This document shows, piece after piece, positions 16,166 to 29,150 of a DNA stretch of 64,000 nucleotides (position 1 is the first letter of the stretch; the number at the start of each line of letters is the position of its first letter). The stretch lies in contig OZ024743.1 of assembly GCA_964016885.1 (NCBI GenBank), positions 343,294,001-343,358,000 on the forward strand, given 5' to 3'. A program made the position numbers and the translations under genes. This DNA comes from Eledone cirrhosa. Its lineage: Eukaryota. Below the pieces are notes generated by a model, which saw nothing but the letters and a program-made list of their open reading frames with translations, did not search any database and was not told where the DNA came from.

Positions 16166-17084
16166 ATATATAATATAATATAATATAATATATATATATA
16201 TAATATAATATAATATAATATAATATATATATATATATAATATAATATAATATAATATATAATATATATAATATAAATATAATATATATAATATAAATAT
16301 AATATATATATATATAATATAATATATATATTATATAAATATAATATAATATATATATTATATAAATATAATATAATATATATATTATATAAATATAATA
16401 TAATATATATATTATATAATATAAATATAATATAATATAATTGTTTCTACTTTAGGCACAAGGCCAGCAATTACCCAGTGCATTACTGGTACTTTATTTT
16501 ATCGACCCCGTAAGGATGAAAGGCAAAGTCAACCTCGGCGGGATTTGAACTCATATAATATAATATAATATAAATATATATAATATAATATATAATATAT
16601 AATATATATAATATATATATAATATATATATATATATAATATATAATATATATATAATATATATATAATATATAATATATATAATATATATATAATATAT
16701 ATATATAATATATAATATATATATATAATATATATATAATATATAATATATATATAATATATAATATATATAATATATAATATATATATAATATATAATA
16801 TATATAATATATAATATATATAATATATATATAATATATATATATAATATATATATATAATATATAATATATATATAATATATATATATAATATATATAT
16901 ATAATATATAATATATATATATAATATATATATATAATATATAATATATATATAATATATAATATATATATATAATATATATATATAATATATATATATA
17001 ATATATATATATAATATATATATATAATATATATATATAATATATATATATAATATATATATAATCATCATCGTTTAACGTCCA
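16166..17084. repeat. (TA)/(TAA) AT-only array containing a family B SINE (16440-16553, minus)
   Basis: Direct reading; SINE core aaggatgaaaggcaaagtcaacctcggcgggatttgaactc. Confidence 0.9.
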
Positions 17085-17560
17085 TCTTCCACGCTTGCAT
17101 GGGTTTGGACGGGAGTTTTCCCACTTGAGGCAAGAGTGGTTGTCTCGCTCGCATAGGACTGTCTGGCGGGTTTTCTACGGCTGGATGCCCTTCCTAACAC
17201 CAACCACGTTTACAGTGTGGACTGGGAAGTTTTTACCATGTTACCTACACGGCCACATTACAGCGTGGACTGTGTGTTTTTTTTGTCATGACACCTACAT
17301 GACCTCATTTGTTTCGGACTGGATGTTGTGGTACCAACATAACTTTACATTGAAAGGGGTGGTGTGGATGGGGTGGGGGTAGTGGGATGGGGGTGTATTT
17401 TGTTAGAGGTGCCTACTGACTGTAGTAGGTTTCACTTTGTACTTAGGTAAGGCGGGTCTTCTGTATTACTGTGTAGCGCCAAAGATCTCCGTCCAGTGAC
17501 ATTGTCTTGGAGAGGTGTAAGTGTGTGCGGTCGGAATTTATCAAGTCGTCCCAGGTTTTT
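17085..17560 (-). mobile_element. RTE LINE 3' end, 5'-truncated
   Basis: Near-identical reverse complement of 8103-8600. Confidence 0.93.
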
Positions 17561-17967
17561 TATAATATATATATATATATAATATATAGTTATGTAATAT
17601 ACAACATAAGGTAATTATTTCATTTACCAGTGGTTTCTTAAAAGCAAAAAATTTTTTTCAGAATGAAAAAAATCCTGGTGTATTTATTGGCATTGGATTT
17701 TAAAAACAAAAATATAATCTATATGAAAGTGAGGCTGGAAAAGGAAGGAAAGGAAAAATAAAAACACACATGCAAACACACACACACAAATATATACATA
17801 CACATATATATATACATACACACACACACATATATATGTGTATATATATATCCATACACATACATATACACATACATACATACACACATAAATATCAACA
17901 TATCCATACATACACATACATACAAATACACAAACGTGCATACACACACACTCACACATATACATGC

Positions 17968-17998
<31 letters not shown>

Positions 17999-18195
17999 AA
18001 CATATATATACATACATACACACACAAACATATATATACATACATACACACACATACATATATATACACATGCACACACATATATATATATATATATACA
18101 TATATATATACATATATATACACATATATATATACATATATATACACATATATACATATATATATATACACATATATACATATATATATATACAC

Positions 18196-18226
<31 letters not shown>

Positions 18227-18234
18227 CATATATA

Positions 18235-18615
18235 CCTCTCAAAGGCAATGACACACGACCGTGACCTCTGGCGTCACGCAGTAATACAGAGTACCCGACC
18301 TCCCATGGGTACACGCTGAAGCATATAGACAATATGCCTCCCCCCCCCACCGCAAGGTGGTCGTGGAGGTGCCACGACAAAAAAGCACCCAGCCCACACT
18401 GTAAAGTGGACGTGTAGGCGCCACGAAAAAGCACCCAGCACTCACTGTAAATGAGGTTGGTGTTAGGAAGGGCATCCAGCTGTAGAAATTAAGCCAAATC
18501 AGTTCCTGTATGAGCAAGGCATGGTCAGCCGACCAGACACTGCCCACAACAGGACAACCCGTCTAACCCATGCTAGCGTGGAAGAACGGACGTAAAACGG
18601 TGATGATGATGATGA
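18235..18615 (+). mobile_element. RTE 3'-terminal fragment, related subfamily
   Basis: [19 protein letters not shown] end, tandem 3' UTR units, (gat)n tail. Confidence 0.85.
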
Positions 18616-19178
18616 TACATACATACATATATACATACACATGCATACATACATACACACAATCATACGTATATACACACGTACATACATACACATACAT
18701 ACACACATATATACACGTATACATACGCATGCACAAATATAGAAATATATACACACCTACATACTCACACACACAAATAAATATAAGAAAAAATAAAAAA
18801 ATGAATATAAAGATTATTATAGTGTTGACAGCGATACAGGCCACAAATAAATGAACAAACACACGTGGTAAGCAATACACACAAATGCACGTACACATAC
18901 ATACGTAAAAATAAATACATACACACTCACATAAATATACAAATACATAAACACATACACATATACATACACACACATACATATATACACACACATACAT
19001 ATATATACACACATACATATATATACACACATACATATATATACACACATACATATATATATATAGGAAGGAGTAGGACCCCGACAGCTGAGCTCAAGCC
19101 GTCTCGACGGCTAATTCTGGTCCACCTGGTTCCTTACCACATTTCCTTTGTTATTTATATATATATATACACATACAT

Positions 19179-19736
19179 GGTGGCTGCCAACTCGTTTTCG
19201 AGTACGACCACTACTTTATATCCATGTAGGAGAACCCCTACCGATGCGCTGAACGAGTGACTTTTTAGTCCAGCCAGCGACTTGAAAACTCTGGTACAAA
19301 CACTACACTTGTGACAATTATTGACACACAGTGCTTTGCCTTTGGTACCATGTGACGACAAGTGCAGAGAGATCTCCAGATATAAAGCAATGCCTGTGCC
19401 GTGAAGCTTTTATAGTGAGCAAAGGCACTGCACAAAGCCAGTACCACTCTCTTAACCAAGATGATATTTACCAAAAAGAAGAACAAGTCAACATCATCGG
19501 ATACCATCAGGGTTGCAGGTGTTATATCAGAGTTTTCCTTCTCCTAGAATTCTGCCTTGACAAAGGCTAAGGAGTCATCTCTCCCAGTGATTTTGGATGG
19601 CCATTGACTCTTAAGAGCTCATTTGCCCTTTGACAGGTTTTGTTTTTAGTCCTGCAGGATGTCCAAAGTCACCCTCCTCACCAAGAAACCTTGGTGGGGT
19701 TGCCAGTTTAGTCGCCAACGACCCGACCATGAGACA
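19179..19736 (-). mobile_element. Bipartite non-autonomous RTE-type element, copy 1
   Basis: Minus strand has an RTE 5'-UTR-like motif ctaggagaaggaaaactctga close to a C2H2-coding end ([17 protein letters not shown]) and ends gcagccacc followed by an AT-rich repeat. Confidence 0.75.
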
Positions 19737-20103
19737 TACACATACATACATATCACAAACACATACATACAAATACAAACACACATATATATGTGTGTAA
19801 ATCTCATTCTTAGATAATTCATATGAACCTTGTTTAACTCCAAAATATATATATATATATATATATATACATACACATATATACACATACGTACATACAC
19901 ACATACATATATATATATATACATACACATATATACATACACACATACACATGATTGAAAGCAACATTTTTTTGCTTTTAAGAAACCACTGGTAAATGAA
20001 ATAATTGCCTTATGTTGTTTATTACATAACTATTAAGCTCTGTTACCTACATAGATCACTCTTTTTTTCCCGGACTTTTCCGATGGAATTACTTCATTTA
20101 CAC

Positions 20104-20144
<41 letters not shown>

Positions 20145-20177
20145 ATATATATTATATATTATATATATTATGAAATA

Positions 20178-20364
20178 CTTGTTTCTACTTTAGGCACAAG
20201 GCCAGCAATTACCCAGTGCATTACTGGTACTTTATTTTATCGACCCCGTAAGGATGAAAGGCAAAGTCAACCTCGGCGGGATTTGAACTCAGATCGTAAA
20301 GGGACGTAACTATGCTTGAAAGCATGGCGTCCGACCCTCTACCGATACTGCCAATCCACCGCCC
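20178..20364 (-). mobile_element. SINE family B, full length
   Basis: Head gggcggtggattggcagtatcggtagag, B box, Nin/Deu-like core. Confidence 0.85.
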
Positions 20365-20447
20365 TATATATTATGAAATACTGTTGGCTTCATGCTCACA
20401 ATAATTTCTATACTTTCATTTACATATAATATATATATATATATATA

Positions 20448-20906
20448 TGTCTTGCTCAAGGAAACAACACATCACCCGGTCTGAGAATTGAACTCACAAC
20501 CTTGCAATCGAAAGGTTGTGAGTTCAATTCTCAGACTGGGTGATGTGTTGTTTCCTTGAGCAACACACTTTATTTCACATTGCTCCAGTTTACTCAGCTG
20601 CAGAAATGAGATGATAGGACTGGGGTCCCTATCCTTCCACTGCATAGTGGTCGTGGAGGTGCCACAGCAAAAAAGCACCCAGCCCACACTGTAAAGTGGA
20701 CGTGTAGGCGCCACGGAAAAAAAGGTACCTAGCACTCACTATAAAAGAGGTTGGTGTTAGGAAGAGCATCCAGCTGTAGAAATCAAGCCAGAGTCAGTTC
20801 CCGTATGAGCAAGACAAGGTTAGCCGACCGGACACTGCCCAAAACAGGACAACCCGTCTAACCCATGCTAGCGTGGAAGAACGGACGTAAAACGGTGGTG
20901 ATGATG
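20448..20906 (+). mobile_element. SINE family A with fold-back 5' end
   Basis: 20448-20503 is the inverse of 20512-20567; the remainder is a normal body and RTE tail. Confidence 0.85.
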
Positions 20907-23750
20907 ATATATATATATATACATACATACATACATACATACATACAGAGGGTTTCCTCACATTTTCTGCCAACCAAATCCACTCACAAGGCACTGGTTG
21001 TCCCAAAGCTATAGTAAAAGACGTGTAACCAAGGTTCCACATAGTTGTGAAGCAAATTCTTTACATAGCTTTGCCTGCACCTATATCATTGTAGCTGACT
21101 GACCATATACCATTATAGAATCAAAGTCTGCACAATCAAATATTTTCTTTTTCATATTACACACTAACTGACTTACCCAGTTTCGCCTGGGTAAACAGAT
21201 GTTATGAGAAGACAGGTGGAAAAGAAAACGACTATTGGATATGTTGTGTGGTTTATAGTATGAGGCAAGACCGTGGTGTGTGTGTGTGATTAAAAAAAAT
21301 AAATAAACAGTAAAAAAAAAAATCTTCCAGATACACCAGATTCTTTGTTTTACCATTCATATAACTGTCCATGGGTAAAAAGTGATTCTCTTGTATTCAA
21401 CTCTACAATTGTGAAACTCTGAGCCTGAGCTTTATTTATGGTCATAGCAAAGCTGGCTCAAACAGGGAACTGAAGTCTTGAGAATTTGAACAACAGCTCA
21501 GTAGAGGAAGGGATAAGAGGAATCTTGAGAATAAATGCATTTTCTCCTTGATCATTGCCTCCAAGAATAGTGATCTCTGGGAGATGGTTCACCTTCCACC
21601 TGATGGTTGGTCCACGTTTCTCAAAAGAATGATGGAAGTTCCAATCTTATATTATTTATAGATAGAGATAATTATATATAAATGTGTATGTACGTGAGTG
21701 TGTGTGCACATATGTGTACGTGTGTATGCGCATACATTTGTGTGTGTAAACCAGCATTCGAATCGGATATGCTGGCCATGAAACACGATCATCACTAACA
21801 ATAAGCACGCAGAGAGAATCCCTTATGGTTGATTCCCAGCCTGCTAGAAATAGCAGTCAGGTTGGTTAGCATACTCAAAATGTTTTTCTTCTTTGATGTT
21901 AAAAAATTAGTATCAATACACTTTCCTGGATATACTCTTATTCCATTGGTGTACTTACTTTTCAAGTGTCACTTTTCATTTTGTGTGATGCGCAAAGGAA
22001 CCAAACAACCAACAAACATCTCTCTTATATTATGTGTAGATTACTGATCTAAATTATTTAATGCCTTTCTAGACTTTACATGTTACATAACTATACACTT
22101 GTTTGTTTTATTACTATTTATAGATGGCCAAGAGTAAGGTGCAAGAAAGTTAGTTGTATGTATATTTTCATCATTGCTATCATCTTTTTTACGTCCACCT
22201 TTACATCATGTTTGCATGGTTTGGATGAGACTTTTTGAGGCAGTTTTTCTACAGCCAAATGTCCCTCCTGACACAAAACCATATTTTATACTAGGTATGG
22301 TATATGACACTAACATTCATCAAACTGTCACACTGAAACATTATGTGAAATGTAAACAAATATCACAGCTTGCTTTTCAACAGTGTCAATATGATGATGG
22401 TTTATGGCCTTGCTCGCTTGCACTTGCATGCACACAGTGTGTGCATGGAAATTATTTCTACAGGACTAGAACTGTTTTATCTGTATTAAATTATCAAAAT
22501 TGTCAGATAGGATTGGTCAGTATAATTATTTATAGGATTTACATTTGACAAGCAAGTTTATTTCTTAACATTTCTGACTAGCAAATTCACTCACAAGGCA
22601 TTGTTCCAACAAAGGCTATAGTAGAAGACACTGGCAGAAAGTACCACACAGTGGGGTGGAACCTAGAACCATGTGGCTGTGAAGAAAACTTCTTAATCAC
22701 ACAACCATACCTCTACCTGCATTATACAACCTACATTTTACAGAAAAATCATCATCCACAGCTTTACCATAGATTTTTTAGGCTGATAAGTTTACAATAT
22801 AACAAGCATCCAAATTCCTTGTGTCTTCACACTACTGACACTAACACCACCATGTATCAGCTCTTTCAACACATTTGGTGGTCTGGTTTGGTCTTTCAAC
22901 AAAATTCTTTGGAAGATTTTTTATTAGATCTTTCTTAGCCTAATCTGAATTTTTTGCAGCTCGTATTACACAAGACAGAATTCCATTATATAGAAACGGG
23001 TTTTCTAATCAAAGTTTACAAAGCAAATGCTTTATGTTCACTTCAAATAATAACTGCAAAGATAGAGCAATTCCAGCTGTTTAGATGTGTATTATAACAA
23101 TTTATTCAATAAGTATGTAGGGAAGAGAAATGGTAAAGTTCGTGACTTTCCTGAGATCAAAAGCAACAGGCAAAAACCAGTCAAGAGAATAGGGAGGGGG
23201 TGCATGAAAAGTCACATAATTCAATTTGACAAGAATATACCAAAGCACTACAGTAACTATTTCACATTATTTTTGGATTAAAATTCAATTATGGCAAGGT
23301 TCCCAATCTTTTTTAACTCATTTACTCTTGTAGCAACTTTTTCAATGTAAATTTACTCCAATTTACATTTCTACCATAACACCAACAAAGTGAAAATGTT
23401 AAAATACTCTTTATAAACTTATTATTTTAGGTTCAACAAACAATAACATTACAAATATATTAATTCATTTATTTATTTATAACAACTACTGATGACCAGA
23501 TATCAATAATAGGACAAACTTGTCAGTCAATGTAAACATATCAATCAATGAAACTCTGAGCTTGCTTTTCATTTACAATTTTGGAGATTCTTGACAGTTG
23601 TTAAAAGAGCAAATCTTGTATCATATTTGGAGACTAATCGAGATCAAGAAAGATATGTACAAATCAAGGATCAGCAAACTTACCTCTTGAGGTAAATTTA
23701 ACTCAGATCAAGAACCCCTAATCTATATTGCTGGCACCAAAATGACTTAC

Positions 23751-23849
23751 CTTATCACAGTGCGTAACAATGCAGACCGGGCTTCATTATGGAATGTTAT
23801 AATCACAGATGTTGCTGGTAGTTTTTCTTGGCTCCAATCTTTAGTGCAA
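23751..23849 (-). CDS. GALNT2: Internal coding exon of polypeptide N-acetylgalactosaminyltransferase (GALNT2-like)
   Basis: Acceptor tttatttcacAG, donor agGTAAGT, 99 bp, phase 2/2. Translates [33 protein letters not shown], matching the GALNT2 motif [22 protein letters not shown]. Missing from the ORF track. Confidence 0.92.
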
Positions 23850-25818
23850 CTGTGAAATAAAAAATATAACATTAGTAACATGAAGATCACCAATCATCAA
23901 CATCACCACAATCATCATCAGTACCCCTATTAACCCCTCTACAACTATTACCACTATTGCTTGCAAAACCTCATCAGAAAGGTAGGTAACTTTCCACCTC
24001 CTTTGCCTTTGAGATAGAAGGAAAATTATACTTACCTCAGCAGTCACAAAATACCATTGGTGGCTACACAGAACTGCATTTAAATTACAATGAAGATATG
24101 AGTCCTTTCTTGCCTGCTCCATTATGAGAATTACACATAGGAACTTTCAAGGTTAGAGATCTTCAGTATCTAGACAAATCAGAGTTGTGGGGAATTCTGA
24201 TCTGATTTATGAAGCTGTGTCTTCTGTATATTATAAAACACATCCAGTACACTCTGTAAAGTGGTTGGTATTAAGAAGAGCATCCAGCCATAGAAGCCCT
24301 GTCAAAAATGTGTAGAGGGGACTCTTTAGTCATGTGAAAGTCATGACAAACTCCTTAGTGCTGATACCTTGATAAAATGCAAACAGTACACTCTAAAGCA
24401 GTTGGCATTAGGAAAGGCAGCCAGCTGTAGAAACCATATCAAAAGGTGGAAACAACAGAGAAGGAATTTAGATGGCTTTGGCTAAAAGGAGGTTACTGGT
24501 GGGGTTAGTAAAATACCATGTGGACACAGGCTGAAAGTTGATTGATTTTGGTTGAGTCACCTAGATGAGAATGTATGATGTTTTAAGACCTAAAAAAAAA
24601 AAACACTGTGAAGACAGGATGCAACACTGATGATGTACGTGTAGAACTTAACCCTTTTGATACCAAACTGCCTGAAACTAACCCTGGTCCTATGACACAA
24701 AGTTGTTTATTTTAAAGTGCTTATATTCATCTGAAAACCTCCCATCATAGATTTATGTAATAACTTTTGATATGTTCTAAACAACAGATAAATATTGAGA
24801 AAGTCAAGTATTTTACTAAATCTCCCCAAATTCTTTATTATTTTCCTTTCCTTGGTGTCTTTCTTTAGAAATATTGTAATATACATAAGAATAATTTTAA
24901 GGGGTCTTGTTTCTATTTACATATAAAATTATTATTGGCCAAGATACTATAAACAGTGGTCAAGGACACTATAAACAGAAAAACAAAAATGTTATACGCT
25001 ACAGCAAAAGACAAAAAGCCAAAACAAATACATCAAGTCATCTAGGTTGGTGCATGATCAATCCAATGACCTAGACTAGTATTTTATTTTATTAACCATG
25101 AAAGACAGAGGTAAAGTTGACTAGCATTTTTTAAAACAACAATGAAACCAAACAAATTTTATATCAATGTATTTTATGATAAGTTCCTAAAATGCTCAAT
25201 ATATGGATTTATTTCAACACATGCATAACTTGTCTAAGAATAAAATGTTTAATTTAAATGTCTATACAAAATGTAAACAAGCTGCAAACAAACAGCAAAA
25301 CAAAACAAATTTTATGAGTGTATTTTATGTTTGGTAGGTTCTCAAAATATTCAATATATGGATTTATTTCAAGAAGCTATTGCCAACAGTGTACATTCAA
25401 ACATTTGTAAAGATGACAATTTAACTTCATATTTTGTTTCCCCATGCGCTTTTTTTCTTTCTTTCTGTTTAATGAGGGAAGATAGTACAAAGACCATGAT
25501 CCACTTCAAGGTCTCTAAAACTGGTAGGTGGAAGAGAGGAATGTATCCTCAAACCAGATTTGTCCTGAGTATTTGGAACCAAGTAAACTCTGCTGAGGGC
25601 CAGGCAATGGATTGAGGTTACCACCAAAATGGATCACAGCAGAATTTGAAATGAGAATGCAAAAAGTCAGAAAAAAAAAGAAAAAAAAATAGCCCAAGAC
25701 ATCTCATCCAACGTTTTAACAATTCCACTAACTTACCACCTTTAACTAACATTTTATTAACTCGAAAATGATGTAAAGTGAAGTTAATTTTGGCAGAACT
25801 TGAATGTAGTGTGTGGAG

Positions 25819-26162
25819 CAGTGATTCCCAACATGGGGCACACGCCGCACAGGGGGGCAATTTAAATATTTAAGAGGGCCATTTGAAAATGATGTTAATG
25901 AGAACAAACTTAAGATTTTACTTTTACACCAAGGCAACTTTGGTACACATTACTGTCAGAAACTCCTGCCTCACCTCCTCCACCATATGTCCATATGTTA
26001 TACATCTGACACCATCTATACACCAATTTGTTTACACTTCGCAATTGATCATTGTCATTGCTGTTTTTTTTCATATCCGGGATGAGGGGGGGGGGACATA
26101 CACATTTTTTAGATGTTGAGGTGGGAGGTGGGGCATGGTACCCAAAATGTTGGGAACTACTG
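25819..26162. mobile_element. hAT (Charlie-like) MITE
   Basis: TIRs cagtgattcccaacat / atgttgggaactactg (14 of 16); 8-bp flanks gtgtggag / gtatagag (6 of 8). Confidence 0.8.
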
Positions 26163-27155
26163 GTATAGAGAGACAAAATAAATACAGTAAAGCATTTTGT
26201 CTACCCTAATAAAGAAACATGACAAACTATTGCATCACCAAAATAAGAACTAATTCAACTGATCAAATTAAGCCTGCAATAATGTTATAATTGGAATTAT
26301 TAACGTATCCCACCTATTATCATTTACCCATGATGTACTTATCCTTCTATTACCACACCTATCCCCTTTCCCTTAACCTCCCATAGTTTAGAGAGGGCCC
26401 TTTAATCGAGTCTATGACTAACAACCTATCTAATGCTGCTACCACAAAAAAATATATACGTAATACACCCTGGAAGATGATTGCTGGTAGGAAGGGAATC
26501 CAACTGTAGAAAACATGCCAAAAACAGTCGAAAAGACTCTTCAGTTGAGTCATGGGCACAGTCTAGTGTTGGTGAAATGATAAACGTACTCAGTACACTC
26601 TGTAAAATGGTTGGTGATAGGAAGGGCATCCTGCCATAGAAAACTTGCCAAACAAAGGATCAAGAGGATTCTTCAGTTCTGTCAAAGACATGACAATCTC
26701 CTTAGTATGGTACCACAACTGAATGCACCCAGTACACTTTGTCGAGTGTGGGGAATGTATGTAAGTGAGATACAAACCCCTGACCCATCTGAGGTCAGTG
26801 GCTCCGATTAAGTACCAAGTTGGTCTATGACAACTCATCCAACTCTTTGATTAGAAGGGAAAATGGATGTTAAATCATTATGATGATAACTATTTTATTG
26901 ATCTAACACCCAATAATAAAGTTTGTTAATATATATACACACACAACTTTAGTGTAAATGCAAGCAAGGTCAGTCTGACATACTAATAGGTAACAAAACA
27001 CCCCAAACAACAAGTGATAAACATCTTTTCTATTGCAAAGCTACAAATTGCTACAGTGGCTTTGTGAATGTATGTTGATAAACACACCTGATCCTCTTTG
27101 TTTCAGTTTTGCTGAATTTTGTCGAATTGAAGACACATGCAGTAAACTGAAACTG

Positions 27156-27209
<54 letters not shown>

Positions 27210-27266
27210 ATTTATATATATATATTTTCATTCATTATTCATTTTCATCATCGAATATTGAATGAA

Positions 27267-27347
<81 letters not shown>

Positions 27348-28094
27348 GGTGTGTGTACATACCTACTGTATGTGAAGATATATGTTGTGGGTTTGATTCC
27401 TGAACTGAGTTGTGCATTGTTTTCTTCAGCAAAACACTTCATTTCATGTCGCTTCAGTATACTTAGATGAAAATGAGTACCAGCAGCAATTGGCTGTTTA
27501 GCCTTATGATGGACTGGCGTCTTGTTAAGGAGGAAGACTTGTATTCACAGTCACTTAATGACAAGGAAACTAGGATAAGCACTAGCCTAATGAGCCTCCT
27601 GGCTTGAGACAGACTTTAGACTTAGACATACCTATATACATATATATACAGACAGCTATGTGACCAAACAAATGAAAAACCAATCAACACATTCTGCAAA
27701 TTAAGAATATTTGTTTTAATAGTTTGACTTATTCATGCATTATCAATGGTTTTATATAGACACAAACATATTTAACTCTTCAGATAAATTCTGAATAATT
27801 CCCATTATTCTACATCACATACAATAAAACCTTGTTTATATTCTAATGTTATTTCAGTCTATATGGACGCAGTATGGCTAAATGGTTAAAACGTTCACTT
27901 CCCAATCATAAGGTCCTGGGTTTGATCCTATTGCATGGCAATTTGGGGAAGGGTGACTTACCATAGCCATAGGTTGACCTAAGCCATGTGAGTGAAACTG
28001 GGTAAATAGAGACTGTTTGGAAATATGTTGGGTGGTTTGCACCGGTAATTTTAAAAGGCCAGTCATATCACACAGTGGATCCTGTTGAATCACC

Positions 28095-28475
28095 ATCATC
28101 ATCATCATTTAACATCCAATTTCCACGATAGCATGGGTAGGACAGGCTGTCCCTTTGTGAGAGATCAGGTTGGAGCACTGTGTTTTGCTCACACAGAACT
28201 GATTTTGGCCTAGTTTCTACAGCCAGATGCCCTTCCTAACGCCAACCACATTTACAGTGTGAACTGGATGCTTTTTGTCGTGACACCTATATGATTACTT
28301 TGCAGTGTGAACTCGGCGCTTTTTGTCGTGACACCTACACAACCACTTTAGTGTAGACTGGGCACTTTTTGTCATGACACCTACACGACCACTTTACAGT
28401 GTGGACTGGGCACTTTTTATCATGACACCTATACGACCCTTTATAGTGTGGGCTGGGCTCTTTTGTCGTGGCTCC
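28095..28475 (-). repeat. RTE-type tail with about five tandem ~47-bp units
   Basis: Unit cactttacagtgtggactgggcactttttgtcgtgacacctacacgac repeated 28248-28472; the same unit occurs 2-3 times in other RTE 3' UTRs here. Confidence 0.8.
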
Positions 28476-28837
28476 AGGTAGAGGTCCTGAGAATTATATT
28501 AAGGGCACACATAGTGGAATGCTCAGCAACTTGCATGCTAATTTCATGATTAGGCTTCTCCATTGATCAAACAACTGAAACACTCATTATTGGAACTAAC
28601 AGAAGTCTATCCCACTCTATTTTTACCTATATACACTAATCAATACCAATTTCATTTCTTTTTTTTTTTTTTTTTTGAGATTATTTTTTTTAATTTCTAT
28701 TTCAAAAACTAAGAAAACAAATAAAAACTTTAAATAACAAATCAAATACAGTATCTGTCATCATTTTTTTACGTCCATTTTACCATGCTGGCATGGGTTG
28801 GACAGTTGGTTGCAGTCCGAATCATTGTTATAATAAT

Positions 28838-29150
28838 AATTGTTTCTACATTTTGGCACAAGGCCAGCAATTATCCCAGTGTATTACTGGTGCTTTATTT
28901 TATCGACCCCGTAAGGATGAAAGGCAAAGTTAACCTAGGCAGGATTTGAACTCAGAGCATAAAGGGCCGTAACTCTTTGCTGCAAAGCATGACATCAGAC
29001 CCTCTACCGATACTGCCAATCCACCGCCCATTGTTATAATAATTGTTTCTACTTTTGGCACAAGACCAGCAATTACCCAGTGCATTACTGGTACTTTATT
29101 TTATCGACCGCATAAGGATGAAAGGCAAAGTTAACCTCGGCGGGATTTGA
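28838..29150 (-). mobile_element. Two tandem family B SINEs
   Basis: 28838-29030 full length, 29040-29150 5'-truncated. A further copy lies at 29875-30047. Confidence 0.85.

Noticed and set aside
19265-19570. 79-80 aa ORFs repeated in all four bipartite copies
   Set aside because: Conservation reflects recent copy identity; no recognisable domain, ORFs on both strands.
24034-24122. Minus-strand segment ending in a strong GAG|GTAAGT donor near the GALNT exon (another donor-like site near 21170)
   Set aside because: Translations show no convincing GALNT similarity and no clear acceptor.
28248-28472. Regular ~47-bp repeats resembling a CRISPR array
   Set aside because: Head-to-tail units with no unique spacers, part of the RTE 3' UTR, eukaryotic context, no cas genes.
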